Counted from the stretch's first letter, positions 1-11,132 are shown. The stretch: 64,000 nucleotides of DNA from an uncultured Methanoregulaceae archaeon (GCA_963705255.1 OY970061.1:160001-224000); one strand, 5' to 3'. Notes: generated by a model from the sequence alone, not told the origin. A program made the numbers and translations.

Positions 1-712
1 CACCATCAAGATCGGGCAGAACTGCGCCACGATATCCCGGCCGGTAGTCCGCGTTGCCGGCATTCTTGCGGCGCGGGGAATCGCGTCAGACAACGTCAAT
101 GCGGATAATGCGATCATCGTATCCGATGACTGGTATACGAACCATTTCGACGACAAGGACGTATACGACCAGGTGAACGTCATCCTGCAGAATGTGGATA
201 CCATAAACCAGACCGAGGCAACTATTGACAAGAAAGTCAACCGGAATACCGATGTCATCCGCATCAGCGACGCCAGTTCCCGGCTGTCCACCATAACGAG
301 CACGCTGGGCACTATCACGACATTCATCATGGCGATCGGCGGCATATCGCTTGTCGTGGCCGCAGTCAGTATCTTCAACGTGATGATGATGTCGGTGAAG
401 GAACGCGTGCAGGAGATCGGTATCCTGCTCTCGATCGGCACGGAAAAAGGAGAGGTGAGACGGATGTTCCTGTATGAAGCGATCATCCTCGGGCTTATCG
501 GGGCTGTGGTGGGTGGTATATGCAGTTTTGTCATCGGGTATTCTGTTGTGAACGCCATGATAGGCACTACTACGTATTTCTTCCGGCCCGAGAGCCTGAT
601 CTATATCCCTTATGGTATGGTCATCGGCGTTGTTGTCTGTGTGGTGTCCGGGCTCTACCCGGCATGGATGGCATCGAACATGGACCCGATCGATGCCCTG
701 AGAAGCGAGTGA
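1..712 (+). CDS. ABC transporter permease, MacB/FtsX family (5' end outside window)
   Basis: AIGGISLVVAAVSIFNVMMMSVKERVQEIGILLSIG and C-terminal YPAWMASNMDPIDALRSE are typical FtsX-type permease motifs. Confidence 0.9.
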   Translation, partial: TIKIGQNCATISRPVVRVAGILAARGIASDNVNADNAIIVSDDWYTNHFDDKDVYDQVNVILQNVDTINQTEATIDKKVNRNTDVIRISDASSRLSTITSTLGTITTFIMAIGGISLVVAAVSIFNVMMMSVKERVQEIGILLSIGTEKGEVRRMFLYEAIILGLIGAVVGGICSFVIGYSVVNAMIGTTTYFFRPESLIYIPYGMVIGVVVCVVSGLYPAWMASNMDPIDALRSE

Positions 713-1021
713 AGAAGTATCAGTACACCAATCCTTTTTTGTTCTCAGGACTGAAGCATCCGGGATCGCCCTTGTGCCTTTGAGGATAGCGAACCGATTC
801 TGGCAGCAGCAGTTATCCAGGCAGCACCATGATTTTTGGGATGCTGGTGTAAAATCGCCCTTCCCTCCAGAAAAACTGGTTCAATTACATTGAATATCCG
901 GACTAAATACAAATTTTTTAATATTGTGCACCACAACATTAACGGGTTGGTGCATCAGAACTTCATTACACCTCCCGCATGGTGCGTTCTGGCATCCATC
1001 TGGTTATTTTGAGAGGTTATC

Positions 1022-1612
1022 ATGGAACACCTAGAAGATAAAAACAGGAATAATATTTTTCTGAACGACAACACGGCAAACCCCGCCCCGCTCGGCCTGT
1101 GCGCCTTCGGCATGACAACACTGCTGCTGAGCCTGCACAATGCCGGCCTCACCGCCCTGACGAGCCCCATTCTTGCCATGGCACTCATCTATGGCGGAGT
1201 GGCACAGGTCATCGTCGGGATCATGGAATGGAAAAAGAACAACAGTTTCGGCATGCTGACCTTCGGGAGTTTTGGCTGCTTCTGGATCTCCTTTGCCACC
1301 CTCCTCATGCTGCCGGCACTCGGCCTCGCGAAAGCGCCCCAAGCGGTTGAACTGGCAGCGTTCCTTGCAATCTGGGGTATCTTCGCCCTCGGCCTCTTCA
1401 TCTGCACCCTCGCGATGCACCGCCTCCTCCAGGTAACGCTTGCCGCGGTCGTTCTCCTGGTCGTCCTCCTCGTTGCGGCGGAACTGACCGGGATCGGAGC
1501 GGTCCTCGTCCTTGCCGGTATCGTCGGGGTCATCGCCGGCGCACTCGCCCTTTATATGGGGATGGGACAGGTCATCAACGAGATCTTCGGGAGAACCGTT
1601 CTCCCGGTCTGA
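1022..1612 (+). CDS. Acetate uptake transporter, GPR1/FUN34/YaaH (SatP) family
   Basis: Signature ANPAPLGLCAFGMTT; YGGVAQVIVGIMEW; about 6 hydrophobic helices. Confidence 0.92.
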   Translation: MEHLEDKNRNNIFLNDNTANPAPLGLCAFGMTTLLLSLHNAGLTALTSPILAMALIYGGVAQVIVGIMEWKKNNSFGMLTFGSFGCFWISFATLLMLPALGLAKAPQAVELAAFLAIWGIFALGLFICTLAMHRLLQVTLAAVVLLVVLLVAAELTGIGAVLVLAGIVGVIAGALALYMGMGQVINEIFGRTVLPV

Positions 1613-1743
1613 TCCCCCTTTTCCCTCGTCTGCCTTTAAAAAAGGCAGAATTAATTATATTCGGATTCAATCAGGGATCATGGACCCTTCGGATGCTATC
1701 CTGGATAAAGGGAGTACATCAGAAGGGCAGTCTCCGGTGACCG

Positions 1744-2814
1744 ATGCTCTTCCTTTCCGACGATGAGAAGACCGCGTGGGCTGCCTTCGCCCGCGAGATC
1801 TGCGACAGCTGCGCCGCACGACCACAGGAGTACCAGGAGAAGATCCGGCAGAACCTGGTCTCGGCTTTCGATTTTTACATCGGGACCCTCCTTGCCACCC
1901 GGGGGGAGGGGAGACGCTGCATGGAATGGCTCGGGGCGGGTGCACTCTGCGAGGAAGAAGGCCTCTTCTCGTCAACGTTTCTCCTGGGATTCCTGCAGCG
2001 CCATAACAGGCAGATGACCCGGCCCGCGGTCGCGTTCGAAGATCCCCGCCCGTTCATCCACTTTGCGAATGTCCCGATCATGAAAGAAGCCCGAAGGAAC
2101 CTCGTCTGCCAGTTCGGGCACTCGCTGCCGTCCTTCGAGAGGCCCGTCCGGTTCATGGACATCGGGTGTGGGGACGGCTCGCTCACCGCGATGGTCCTCA
2201 CCCGCCTGCTCGAGACGGGAAAGGTCGGGGAATTTGAGGAGATCCTCCTGGTCGATTCCTCGCCCGCGATGATCGAGTGCGCCCGGAAGACCGTGCATGC
2301 AGCATTTCCGGATCTTCCCGTCAGCACCGAGAAGGCGAGGATACAGGATTGTTCGGCGTCCATCGGCCACCGGTACGAGATCGCGATGAGTTCCCTTGCG
2401 TACCACCACATGCCCATGGAAGACAAAAGGGTCCACCTTGCACGGCTGAAACCCTGGATCGACCATTTCCTCCTCTTTGAGATGGATGCAAATAACGATA
2501 CCCCCGACCTCCTCTCTCCCGAGCTCGCGCTCTCCGTGTACCAGTCCTATGGCAGGATCATGGACTTCGTGTACGCCCACGATGCCCCGGTCGATGTCGT
2601 GACGGACTGCATAGATTCATTCCTGATGACAGAGGTGGTATCCATCCTCACCCAGCGTCGGGGAGCCCGTTCCGATTACCATATGCTGCGTGGCCAGTGG
2701 CACGAGCTCTTCAGGACCGTTCTCGGGCCGGAGTTCTCCATCCGCTCGGACTCCGCCTGCTATGCGGACGAATACATGACCCTCTTCACCATGCATTACG
2801 GCAGGGAGCGGTAG
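1744..2814 (+). CDS. Class I SAM-dependent methyltransferase with uncharacterised N-terminal domain
   Basis: Motif I MDIGCGDG, VDSSPAM, SSLAYHHM. Confidence 0.8.
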   Translation: MLFLSDDEKTAWAAFAREICDSCAARPQEYQEKIRQNLVSAFDFYIGTLLATRGEGRRCMEWLGAGALCEEEGLFSSTFLLGFLQRHNRQMTRPAVAFEDPRPFIHFANVPIMKEARRNLVCQFGHSLPSFERPVRFMDIGCGDGSLTAMVLTRLLETGKVGEFEEILLVDSSPAMIECARKTVHAAFPDLPVSTEKARIQDCSASIGHRYEIAMSSLAYHHMPMEDKRVHLARLKPWIDHFLLFEMDANNDTPDLLSPELALSVYQSYGRIMDFVYAHDAPVDVVTDCIDSFLMTEVVSILTQRRGARSDYHMLRGQWHELFRTVLGPEFSIRSDSACYADEYMTLFTMHYGRER

Positions 2815-2834
2815 TCCCGCTCCCGCCTTTCATT

Positions 2835-3635
2835 TCAGCCCTCTTTCTCGAGATCAAATACCCACCGGCTCACTCCCGGTGCCACGTTCCCGCAGGGTTT
2901 ATTGTACAGGACACTGAGCCCTTTCTGCCCGAACATCCTGGTCAGCAGAGGGATCTCCCGACGGGTCTTGAATGTATAAAAATGGAGCATCCCCCCTCCG
3001 GGGACGAGCGGCAGAAATGTGTCTAGGACCTGATCCATCCCGTAGGGTGTCGGGATGATCACCCGGTCGAACCGGTGGTGCGGCAACAGGGAAAGATCCC
3101 GGGCGTCTCCCTGGATGATCCTGCAGTTCCGCCGGACGTGGTTGAGCGCCACGTTCTCGTCGAGCCAGGAGAATGCGTCGGGGCTCTGTTCGACGGCAAC
3201 CACCGGTGCACCTTTCGCCGCGGCCGGGATGGCAAAAGGGCCGACACCGGCGAACGGCACAAAAACCTGTTCTCCCGGTTCAACCTGGTCGATCACCCGT
3301 ATCCGTTCGTATGCCATACGGGTATTGAAGAAGACCCTGCTGACATCCAGGCGGTACTCAAACCCGAATTCCCGGTGGAGTGTCACGGTCGTATCCCCGA
3401 TGAGCGTATCATAGTGCGCTGTCCGCGAATTGCCCGAGACCTTCTCAACCTTGTTGAGAACCGTAGAGATATTTCTTCTCCGGGTGATGACAGCCTCAGC
3501 CACTGCGTAACGGAATTCAGCCAGTTCCTCCGGGATTGACAGGACTGCAATATCCCCGATAACCTCAAACCGGTCGGAAAGGTGCTTCAGTCGGTCTTCC
3601 GGGATGATGCCCCTCATCTGGTCTCTGAGTCTCAT
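2835..3635 (-). CDS. Trm5/TYW2 (Met-10+) family tRNA methyltransferase
   Basis: FEVIGDIAVL, TLHREFG, LDVSRVFFN, PFAGVGPFAI. Confidence 0.85.
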   Translation of the reverse strand: MRLRDQMRGIIPEDRLKHLSDRFEVIGDIAVLSIPEELAEFRYAVAEAVITRRRNISTVLNKVEKVSGNSRTAHYDTLIGDTTVTLHREFGFEYRLDVSRVFFNTRMAYERIRVIDQVEPGEQVFVPFAGVGPFAIPAAAKGAPVVAVEQSPDAFSWLDENVALNHVRRNCRIIQGDARDLSLLPHHRFDRVIIPTPYGMDQVLDTFLPLVPGGGMLHFYTFKTRREIPLLTRMFGQKGLSVLYNKPCGNVAPGVSRWVFDLEKEG

Positions 3636-3809
3636 TCTTCAGGATATCCGGTAGATCTTCCCATACCAAAACAATTCCCGAATCGCTATCTCCCCTAATG
3701 AGGGTTTCACCCGGCATGGGTGCAGTTCGCGGCTCCCGGGTCTGGAAAAAATTCCGGCATGTATCAAAAACAAATATTAATGCTGCTTCAGTTACCTGTT
3801 CTCTTCATC

Positions 3810-4667
3810 ATGATGCGGGTGCGGGGAGTCGAACGGATCCTGCGGGCATATGCCACGGTTGAGGGGGCCGGGGTGAAATTGCACCGGGCGTTCGGGAATT
3901 ACGAGGTCCCCCAGTTCGATCCCTTCCTGCTGCTGGACGATTTCAGGGCCGGGCGACCGGAAGATTATCTCGCAGGCTTCCCCTGGCACCCTCACCGGGG
4001 TATCGAAACGGTCACCTACATGATCGAAGGCACGGTGGAGCACGGTGACAGCATGGGACATTCGGGCAATGTCAACGCAGGGGATGTCCAGTGGATGACG
4101 GCAGGATCCGGGATCATCCACCAGGAGATGCCACAACCGGTGAACGGGCGCATGGGAGGGTTCCAGCTCTGGGTGAACCTGCCCGCAGCGAATAAGATGA
4201 TGGACCCGCGATACCAGGAGATCGGGAAGGCGCAGATACCCGTGGTCTCCCCGACACCGGAGATCACCATTGCCGTTATCTGCGGATCGTGCAACGGTGT
4301 GACCGGGCCGGTCCGGGATATTATCGCCGATCCCCAGTACCTCGATGTATCCCTTGCACCGGACACGATCTTCACGCTGCCGGTGAGGGAAGGATACACA
4401 GCCTTCGGCTATGTCACCGGAGGAGAAGGGACGTTCGATTCGGAAGAAGGACACCGGGTGGTCAACCGGGACCTGGTCCTGTTTGGCGGCGGGGCTTCGA
4501 TCTGGGCGAAGTCTTTTGGCAAGGGGGTGCGTTTCCTCTTCGTCTCCGGGAAGCCTATCGGGGAACCGGTTGCCTGGCGGGGCCCGATCGTCATGACTAC
4601 GCGGGAGGAACTGCGCCAGGCATTCAGGGAATATGAGAACGGGACATTTATCAGAAAGAAAGCCTGA
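3810..4667 (+). CDS. Pirin family protein
   Basis: DPFLLLDDF, GFPWHPHRGIETVTY, MTAGSGIIHQEMP, GPIVMTT. Confidence 0.95.
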   Translation: MMRVRGVERILRAYATVEGAGVKLHRAFGNYEVPQFDPFLLLDDFRAGRPEDYLAGFPWHPHRGIETVTYMIEGTVEHGDSMGHSGNVNAGDVQWMTAGSGIIHQEMPQPVNGRMGGFQLWVNLPAANKMMDPRYQEIGKAQIPVVSPTPEITIAVICGSCNGVTGPVRDIIADPQYLDVSLAPDTIFTLPVREGYTAFGYVTGGEGTFDSEEGHRVVNRDLVLFGGGASIWAKSFGKGVRFLFVSGKPIGEPVAWRGPIVMTTREELRQAFREYENGTFIRKKA

Positions 4668-4700
4668 GCTGACGGAAGTGCCCTGATCGGGGGTGCCGGC

Positions 4701-5300
4701 ATGAAAACGCCTGCTCTTTACACAACGGCCGATAACGTTGCATTTCATCTCCGGGAAACACCCTTCCGCCAGATCTTCGAAGTCCCGGAATACCGGTTCA
4801 GCGACATCTGGCCCGGCGATCGTGTCCTCGATATCGGTGCGAACGTCGGGGCATTCTGCATCCGTGCAGCCCGCATTTCAGGGCACGTCACGGCTGTCGA
4901 ACCGGTTACGGCGCGGATACTTGAAGAGAACATCAGGCTGAACAATGTCTCCGTCGCCGTAATTGCAGGGGCACTCGGGGACGGGAGACCGGCCGGGATC
5001 GCATGGGACGGGTGCCGTGTAACCAGCCCCACGTACACCCTCCGCTCGCTCACCGGGATGGCCGGGGGGTGCGATTTTCTGAAATGCGACTGCGAAGGAG
5101 CCGAGTGGTCGATCGATCCCGCGGACCTCGGAACCGTCAGGAGGATTGAGATGGAACTGCATATCCCCCCGATAAGCGGTCCGCCGGATCCCACGCTCCT
5201 CGAGTATATCTCCCGTCATTATGATTTTTCGATCGACCGGGACCCCTGTCATCATGTCCTCGGGGTCATGGGGATACTCCACGCAGAACGGCGGAACTAA
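4701..5300 (+). CDS. FkbM family methyltransferase
   Basis: VLDIGANVGAF, AVEP, LKCDCEGAE. Confidence 0.85.
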   Translation: MKTPALYTTADNVAFHLRETPFRQIFEVPEYRFSDIWPGDRVLDIGANVGAFCIRAARISGHVTAVEPVTARILEENIRLNNVSVAVIAGALGDGRPAGIAWDGCRVTSPTYTLRSLTGMAGGCDFLKCDCEGAEWSIDPADLGTVRRIEMELHIPPISGPPDPTLLEYISRHYDFSIDRDPCHHVLGVMGILHAERRN

Positions 5301-5410
5301 AAAAAGGTTTTACGCAAACGTCCCGGTTCCAGCCGGGAAGGAACTGAATCTGTCAACCGTTTTGCCAACCTTCAAGAACCGGCCAGCCAAACACCATGCA
5401 GGGAGATCTC

Positions 5411-6074
5411 ATGTGCAGCGATATTTTTGAACAAAGAAATGTCTTCCTCGACCAGATCCTCGCCGAACGCCGTTCGCACCGGGTGTTCAGGCCAGAAGCG
5501 CCGTCGGAAGACGGGATACGCCGCATCCTCCATGCCGGGTTACTTGCCCCGTTCGCAGCGGCAGCGGTCGGGGACTCAAAGGATTATTTCCGCCGGTTCT
5601 TCGTCATGAGGAACGGATCGCGGAGCATGAAGGCAGTCATCCCCCTTGTCCGGGAGCAGGTCGCCGCCATGGCGCAGGACATTGAACGGAAGATGGAGGA
5701 CGATCCCGTCCTCCGCGCAAAAGCGGTTACGTTTGTCCAGCGGCTTGCTGCGATCCGGAAGATGGGGCAGTACCCGGTGTCGGGACTGCCCCATGGTATA
5801 TCGTTGTGGCAGAACGGAAAGGGTTTCCCCCGGTTGACTCCAGTCGCTTGCGCACTGCATGGAGAACATGTGGCTGAAAGCGACTGCCCTCGGGCTCGGG
5901 TTCCAGCTCGTCTCGGTAACCTCGCAGATGTCCCCGGACCCGGAATTCTGCCGGGTCCTGGGCATTCCTGCCGGAGAATGGGAGCTGATGGGATGTGCGA
6001 TCGGCTATCCTGCAGATGATCTCTCCCCTTCCATCAGGCCACCGGTTGAGGATGTAACATGCTGGCTTGAATAA
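5411..6074 (+). CDS. Nitroreductase family protein (frameshifted near 5765-5835, probably sequencing error)
   Basis: N-terminal ERRSHRVF..AGLLAP; C-terminal ENMWLKATALGLG..AIGYP in another frame. Confidence 0.8.
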
Positions 6075-6300
6075 CAGGTTTTTGGGTTTGGGAGAAATCA
6101 TCAGCGTTCGTTGCAGACACTCATGGGTAGTCCCTTCGTCGCAATGGTCCTCATATAATCGGAGACAATATTTCGAAAAGAATGGGAATTAAAAGAGGGT
6201 CATTCTCAAACCATTTGAAATTATAGGCAATTTTTTTTGACAGAATTTCCTCTGAAAATCGTAGTATTCAGATATCACCGGTAGTCGTTTCTCTTCATCA

Positions 6301-6585
6301 TCGCGATGAACGCCGCCGCAGTCCAAGATCTTCTGGCGAAAATCTTCTCCACAGCCTTTGGCTGTCCCCGACGGGGAGCCAGCCGTGACCAGATGGTCAG
6401 GGCTGGCTGAAGAAAATTCTATTAAGAATTTTCGACTCGCCCCCGCGGCGGTTCAACCACCTTGCCCTGCCGTGCCTCTTCTCTTACGAGATTCGGCAAG
6501 TCGAAGAACCTGATGGTTCTTCTCCCGTCTCATTCCTGCGGAATTCGACGCCTCGGAGAGGCCCTGAGGCGGGGAGCGCTCGTAA
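6301..6585 (+). repeat. Dispersed GC-rich palindromic element, copy A, expanded with hairpin modules
   Basis: Shares tcgcgatgaacgccgccgc ... gcccccgcggcgg ... gccgtgcc ... ctcggagaggccctgaggcgggg with copies at 14355, 15121 and 18835. Confidence 0.85.
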
Positions 6586-6695
6586 CTGAACGATTTTCAC
6601 GTTTTGAAGTGAACTCAATCGGTTTATATCTGTATCCATCAAGCCGTTTTTCCGCGTGGTTGTTCCGGTCGGGAATCCCCACCGGTTACCTTTTT

Positions 6696-6905
6696 TCACG
6701 AGAACGCATACCACGCGAGCATACCGATACAGATGAGCGAAAAGATGAGGACCAGGGCAACATTGATGGCTTTTTCCTTCCCTGACATTGACTGCCAGTC
6801 GCCCTTCTGTCTCTTTGCGAGGTACCCTATGGCCAGCCCTATCCCGGTCCCGGCAAGGGAACCCAGCGCAATGACATTCAGGATGCTGAACAGGTCCGCA
6901 CTCAT
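6696..6905 (-). CDS. Small two-helix membrane protein
   Basis: 69-aa ORF with two hydrophobic segments separated by a charged loop. Confidence 0.7.
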   Translation of the reverse strand: MSADLFSILNVIALGSLAGTGIGLAIGYLAKRQKGDWQSMSGKEKAINVALVLIFSLICIGMLAWYAFS

Positions 6906-6999
6906 ACGTTCACGGTATCCGGGTTGCCTCTCTTCAGATATAAATCCCCGTCAGGCGGGTGTGGACCCGGGCCCGTGTCCCTGAGGCCCGGCACCTGCG

Positions 7000-7968
7000 T
7001 CATAACGGGGCCCGCGGTCGGCGGACCATTCCCAGGGCGATGGCAATGCAGATGGCAAGCAGGGTTCCCGGGATGAACTCTGCCGCCTTGAACGGAATGG
7101 GCGGGACCGGGGATACCGGTGCAAGCACAATAGTCAGTGGCTGGTTCTCGCCGGCAACTACCGATACCGCCTGTTCGGTGGTGACAAATCCGTCATGGGA
7201 GACCGAGACCGTATGGTTGCCGGGCAGGATACCGGAGAGCGTTGAAGGGGAAGTCCCCGCATCTGCGCCGTCAAGAAGGATCCGGGCACCGGAGGGAGAT
7301 GCATTCACCGGAAGAAACCCCAGCTCCGGAGCAAGGGTCACGCTGACTTCCGCTGTCTGCCCGCTCCCGACCGTTACCGGGGTTGATACTTTCGTGTACC
7401 CGAACTTTGAGACGGTGACGTTATAGGTGCCGGGCTCCACCCCCTCTTTTGTTATGGGTGTACTCCCCAGATACTGCCCGTTGAAGACGACTGAAGCGTT
7501 GTCCGGTACGGAAAAGAACTGGACCGAACCCGGTACCGATGGCGTGGTTACTACGACATACGGTTTGAGGAGGGTGACCGATATCGTCCCGTAATCGGCA
7601 TCGCTCAGGTGGGAAAGGTCATCCGGGCCGTCGACCACCCAGATAGTGTATATCCCTTCGTCAAGGCGTCCCCCGGTATCTGCCGTATTCCATTCGTAGC
7701 TCCAGCGGTCGTTGCCGTCAACATCGACAACCGTGAACCCGCCCTGGTCAGCACGCAGGTTGATATTATCGAGTGCTACGCCATTAACCGGCAGGTTGGG
7801 ACCGGTCAGGAAGAGGTAGACCGACTGGCTGGCGGGCGAATATCCCGAGAGCGGTACGATGTCTCCCAGATAGGTCTGGATACCTGGCGCTGCCGAGACT
7901 CCGCTTACAAGGACAAGGCAGGCAACGATGACGAGTGCCGCGTATGCAGCGGTGCGGATGAATCCCAT
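7000..7968 (-). CDS. Secreted, membrane-anchored PEGA-domain surface protein
   Basis: Signal peptide; two PEGA repeats (SVPDNASVVFNGQYLGSTP; ASPSGARILLDGADAGTSP); C-terminal TM plus RRPR. Confidence 0.85.
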   Translation of the reverse strand: MGFIRTAAYAALVIVACLVLVSGVSAAPGIQTYLGDIVPLSGYSPASQSVYLFLTGPNLPVNGVALDNINLRADQGGFTVVDVDGNDRWSYEWNTADTGGRLDEGIYTIWVVDGPDDLSHLSDADYGTISVTLLKPYVVVTTPSVPGSVQFFSVPDNASVVFNGQYLGSTPITKEGVEPGTYNVTVSKFGYTKVSTPVTVGSGQTAEVSVTLAPELGFLPVNASPSGARILLDGADAGTSPSTLSGILPGNHTVSVSHDGFVTTEQAVSVVAGENQPLTIVLAPVSPVPPIPFKAAEFIPGTLLAICIAIALGMVRRPRAPL

Positions 7969-8148
7969 ATGCCCTCATCTTGTTATTGCCGACATTTGGT
8001 TAAGCCTTTTGGATTCCGTAGATCGTAGCCCCGGACCATAAACCCCGGAGGACAGCGATGAAAAAAGACTGCCGATCTGCACATCTTCAGGCACACGAAT
8101 CACTTTCTTATTAATACCCTCATGTCTCACCTAACATCAGACACTACC

Positions 8149-9544
8149 ATGCACCAGCCGGATATCAGGAAGGTGGCGCTCTTTATCGCGGTTCTCTCGG
8201 GTTTTATAACGCCGTTTGACCTCTCCGCAGTCACCATCGCCCTGCCGTCCATCGGCTCGGAATTCGCTATGGATGCAGTCACCCTTTCCTGGGTGTCGAC
8301 CGCCTACCTGCTCGCGGCCGGGGTCTTTCTCGTCCCTTTCGGCAGGATCGCTGATATATACGGGCGGAAAAAAGTGTTTGTCGCCGGGCTCCTTCTCTTC
8401 ATCATCGCATCTGCCTGCATGGTCCTCTCGGTTTCTTCGGTCATGATCATCCTCCTTCGGGTGCTGCAGGGGACAGGTGCGGCGCTGATATTCGGCACGG
8501 CCGTCGCGATCCTCACGGAGGTCTCACCGGTTGCCGAACGGGGCCGGGCTCTGGGAATTTATACGACCGCTGTCTATCTCGGGCTCTCCCTGGGGCCATT
8601 CCTCGGCGGTTTCCTGGTCCAGCACTTCGGATGGCGGAGCCTCTTCCTCGTCAATGTCCCCATCGGGCTTTTTACGATCGCCCTGATCCTGCTCTACCTG
8701 AAAGGGGAGTGGGCAGACTCGCGGGGCGAGACGTTCGATCTTGGCGGCGCCGTCCAGTACCGGCCTTGCCCTGATCTGCATCATGTACGGGTTCTCGCTG
8801 CTGCCTGATACCGGGGGTTTTCTCCTCCTCGTGGCGGGTACCGCGATACTGGTATGGTTTGTGGCACGGGAATTGCGGGTCTCCCACCCCCTGATGGATA
8901 TCGGCCTCTGGACGAAGAACCGGGCCTTCGCCTTCTCCAACCTTGCCGCACTCATCAACTACAGTGCGACTTTTGCCGTCACGTTCTTCCTGAGCCTCTA
9001 CCTCCAGTATGTCAGGGATATTGATCCCTGGTACGCGGGGACCATCCTCATCATCCAGCCGGTCATGCAGGCCGTCCTCTCTCCCTATGCCGGGCGGCTC
9101 TCGGACCGGATCCCTCCCGGGTGGATCGCATCGGTCGGCATGGGGCTGACTGCGGTGGGGCTTGTGGCGCTCGCGTTTCTCGACAATACCACGCCGGTCC
9201 CTGTGCTCATGCTCATTCTCGCGGTGATCGGGATCGGGTTCGGCCTTTTTTCATCGCCGAACGTCAATGCCATCATGAGTTCGGTACAGAAAAAATATCT
9301 CGGGATCGCGTCGGGGACCCTAGGCACGATGCGTCTCGTGGGCCAGATGCTCTCCATGGGTATTGCGACGATGATCCTGGCAATCTACATCGGCAGGACC
9401 CAGATCACCTCTTCCCAGTACGGGCAGCTCCTCTCGGGCATGAAATCCGGCTTTCTGATCTTTTCCGTCCTCTGCCTCGTCGGTATTGCGTTCTCTCTTG
9501 TCCGGTGCGCACGTACCGATGAGTCTGAAGCGTGCGTGCGCTGA
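8149..9544 (+). CDS. MFS transporter, DHA2/EmrB-QacA type (frameshift near 8760)
   Basis: AVTIALPSI, GRIADIYGRKKVF, LLRVLQGTGAA; second half continues in the 8741..9544 frame. Confidence 0.9.
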
Positions 9545-9676
9545 CCCGGCGTCCCTGGTTGTCTCTGCAGATTGTTTCTGGTGCTGTAGTTAAAAAAGGA
9601 ATTCCCGGAAGGGCTGACTGTTCATTTTTCTGCCCGGGCACTTCATCCCGTTCTGCCGGGGCCCGGAAAAAATCAT

Positions 9677-9964
9677 CTATGCCTTGCGTGTCTCTTTCAG
9701 GATCAGGCTGCTCTGGAGATGCCGGTACAGGGCGATGATGACCAGGACATAGGCAAGGGTCCTTATGATAATGAGCGGGATCATCAGCGGCACCTTCAGG
9801 CCGGCAAGGGTCGCTGCATGCGAGATACCGAAGAGGCCGAATGCCGCCCCGATATACAGGGGCAGGTTATGCCTGCTCTTTTTGAAACAGAGACATGCAA
9901 GGATGACGATGATGATACACAGTACAAGATTGATGAACGTGATGGGGTCCCATTCCAGTGCCAT
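9677..9964 (-). CDS. Small three-helix membrane protein
   Basis: 95-aa hydrophobic ORF with AAFGLFGISH. Confidence 0.7.
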   Translation of the reverse strand: MALEWDPITFINLVLCIIIVILACLCFKKSRHNLPLYIGAAFGLFGISHAATLAGLKVPLMIPLIIIRTLAYVLVIIALYRHLQSSLILKETRKA

Positions 9965-10135
9965 AGACTACACCTGCATGATATTCCACGTAACTTTTCT
10001 TTAGGGTAACGATCTGTTCCCGGTATTTTGCCGGGCTTCTCTCTCGAGATTTTTTCGTCGGAAAAAATAATTATTCCAAGCGGGGGGCCGGCAGGGGATA
10101 CGACACTTCTCGCTAAGGACGAGCCCCTCCCCGGG

Positions 10136-10261
10136 CTACAGCGACTGCTCCCATGTATGGCCGCAGTCATTGCAGAGGCACACGACGATCGTCTTGTTCT
10201 CTACCGTCTTGCAGTCCGTCCACTCCGTATTTTTTGAACTGCACTTCGGACAATTTGACAT
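10136..10261 (-). CDS. 41-aa zinc-ribbon microprotein (not in ORF track)
   Basis: Manual translation MSNCPKCSSKNTEWTDCKTVENKTIVVCLCNDCGHTWEQSL with CPKC and CNDCGHTW knuckles. Confidence 0.75.
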   Translation of the reverse strand: MSNCPKCSSKNTEWTDCKTVENKTIVVCLCNDCGHTWEQSL

Positions 10262-10356
10262 GGTTTTTGCAATGCGACGCAGTGGTAATATTGTTTACGT
10301 ACTTGCTCTGATCTCTATGAAAAATTGTACCCCGGGCCGGGCCGGCAGGCCGGAGA

Positions 10357-11019
10357 TCAGGTGCCGATTCCGACACTTTCACCCGGGTTCAGGACCTGCA
10401 CCTTCAGATCGCTCGTCCGCTCGACCGCTTTTTTGAATGCGTGCGGATCGGCAGCTATCCTGTCCCAGGTGTTGTAATGGATCGGGATCACCAGCTTTGC
10501 CCCGATATAATTTGCCGCCATCATCGCTTCCGCACCACCCATCGTGTACCTCCCCCCGATCGGGAGCAGGGCGACATCCGGGTGGTAGAGGTCACCGATC
10601 AGCTTCATATCCGAGAAGAGGGCCGTGTCCCCGGCATGATAGACCCTTACGTTGTCCATGCCGATGACGAAGCCGGCTGCCGTCCCCCCGAACACCGGTA
10701 TCCCCCCCTCGTCGATGGAACCGGAATGGAGTGCAGGTGTCATCGTGAAGGTCACCCCGTCGACCGTGAGGGTCCCGCCGATATTCATGCCCTCCGAGGG
10801 GACGCCCCTGCTTTTGAGGAATCTGGCGATCTCGGATATCGCCACGGTCTTCTTTGCGAGCGAGACCGTCTCGCCCATGTGGTCGTTATGCCCGTGAGTG
10901 ACCGCGACGATATCAGGATTCGTCCCGGCAACACTTCCGCCTTCGATAAACGGGTCGATAAGGACTTTTTTTGTGCCGGAGAGGAGCACACAGGAATGGC
11001 CAAGGTACGTAAGCTGCAT
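10357..11019 (-). CDS. Metallo-beta-lactamase-fold metal-dependent hydrolase (UPF0173)
   Basis: YLGHSC, THGHNDH, YHAGDT, LPIGG, IPIHYNT. Confidence 0.92.
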   Translation of the reverse strand: MQLTYLGHSCVLLSGTKKVLIDPFIEGGSVAGTNPDIVAVTHGHNDHMGETVSLAKKTVAISEIARFLKSRGVPSEGMNIGGTLTVDGVTFTMTPALHSGSIDEGGIPVFGGTAAGFVIGMDNVRVYHAGDTALFSDMKLIGDLYHPDVALLPIGGRYTMGGAEAMMAANYIGAKLVIPIHYNTWDRIAADPHAFKKAVERTSDLKVQVLNPGESVGIGT

Positions 11020-11132
11020 ATATGCAGATCCGGTTACTCTCGGATGAAATTTACCATCTGCACATGCAATGATAAAAACCGGGGGCGGAGTGCCAGTAAA
11101 AAGGGACGGACGTTGTATCGGATACCGATCCT

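Noticed and set aside
10075-10150. tRNA-like GC-rich stretch
   Set aside because: No T-arm GTTCRA motif or cloverleaf; it partly overlaps the end of the zinc-ribbon ORF
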